DNA from: Reyranella sp.
GTDB lineage: Bacteria > Pseudomonadota > Alphaproteobacteria > Reyranellales > Reyranellaceae
Direction of reading: 5' to 3'
Length of the DNA stretch: 35,639 nucleotides
NCBI GenBank assembly: GCA_035296945.1
Contig: DATGZZ010000074.1
Span: 1-35,639, forward strand
The notes beneath the pieces are model-generated. The model saw only the letters and a program-made list of their open reading frames with translations. It did not search any database and was not told the DNA's origin. Below, in pieces: positions 35,107 to 35,639 of this stretch (positions within the stretch are counted from its first letter, which is position 1; the number at the start of each line of letters is the position of its first letter). A program made the position numbers and the translations under genes.

Positions 35107-35373
35107 TCAGGGCTTGCCCACGCAGGTGGTGGTGACCTTCGCGGTGCATTTCATTGTGCTGGTGGACGACATGCATCCGCGGCCGCACGGGATCTCGTTG
35201 GAGCGGCAGTGACTCGTGCAATAGTCGCCCGGATGCCGTGGCGTCTGGGTGCTCTGCGACCCTGACCCCGACCCCGACCCCGAGGACTTCTGTTGTGTCT
35301 GCTGCGCCAGCGCCTGTCCGGTGGCGACAGCCGGCATGCTGAGCAGGACAAACAACAACACCAACACACGCAT
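35107..35373 (-). CDS. Small secreted cysteine-rich protein (88 aa)
   Basis: Signal peptide (MRVLVLLFVLLSMPAVATGQALA), Q/S/G linker, six Cys spaced C-x3-C-x6-C-x3-C-x8-C-x7-C. GGAG SD. Confidence 0.75.
   Translation of the reverse strand: MRVLVLLFVLLSMPAVATGQALAQQTQQKSSGSGSGSGSQSTQTPRHPGDYCTSHCRSNEIPCGRGCMSSTSTMKCTAKVTTTCVGKP
35258..35283. repeat. In-frame hexamer tandem repeat encoding an (SG)n linker
   Basis: GACCCT GACCCC GACCCC GACCCC GA on the + strand. Confidence 0.7.
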
Positions 35374-35426
35374 CAAAGACTGCTCCCGTTCCTCTCGGCC
35401 GACGCCTGCAGCATAGCAGGGCCGCG

Positions 35427-35639
35427 TCAGGTTTTCAGCAACGCCGCCATGATGCGCTCACGGGTGAGCGGCATGTCGTGAATACGCACTCCGAGCGCAT
35501 GATTCACGGCATTTCCGATGGCGGCGGCGGTCGGGCCGACCGTGCATTCGCCGACGCCCAGGGTGGGATTTCCGGCGCCGTCGACGAACTCGACCTGCAT
35601 CTCGGGCACCTCGCTGAAACGCAGGATCGGGTAGCTCTC
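35427..35639 (-). CDS. Xanthine-dehydrogenase-family molybdopterin-binding subunit (IorB/NicB-like), 3' end only
   Basis: The frame is open to the right edge: ESYPILRFSEVP...LGVGECTVGPTAAAIGNAV..ALGVRIHDMPLT. The GVGE motif carries the catalytic Glu of this family. Confidence 0.88.
   Translation of the reverse strand, partial: ESYPILRFSEVPEMQVEFVDGAGNPTLGVGECTVGPTAAAIGNAVNHALGVRIHDMPLTRERIMAALLKT

Overview
High-GC bacterial chromosomal DNA; gene content suggests an alphaproteobacterium, possibly Reyranella-like (inference only). (1) 1-8360, minus strand: a translationally coupled hopanoid operon hpnA-hpnB-hpnC-hpnD-hpnE-shc-hpnG (hpnG runs off the left edge), headed by an uncharacterised ferritin-like diiron protein. 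(2) About 8600-15900: a patchwork of small accessory genes. It holds an intact DUF2442 antitoxin whose DUF4160 toxin is reduced to 31 codons behind a perfect palindromic operator, a metallophosphoesterase, small helical-hairpin proteins, a class III cyclase-FHA fusion, an orphan dgoK followed by a 13-codon dgoA-like stub, an M23 peptidase and membrane proteins. (3) About 15900-35100: an oxygenase-rich catabolic region. It holds a MarR-LLM-Bug operon, an orphan ACP, a NylB-like serine hydrolase, an ABC importer divergent from a Rieske oxygenase alpha/beta pair, an AraC regulator, two more luciferase-like monooxygenases, an FAD monooxygenase, a VOC-like protein, NIPSNAP and a TfdA-like dioxygenase, plus two REP-like palindromes. 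(4) Right end: a small secreted 6-Cys protein and the 3' end of a molybdopterin oxidoreductase subunit. I saw no rRNA, tRNA, CRISPR array or transposase. The best leads for new biology are the hopanoid-linked diiron enzyme, the three-member small helical-hairpin protein family with candidate ECF-type promoters nearby, and the aromatic catabolic cluster of unknown substrate. All family assignments come from motif recognition by eye; no searches were run.
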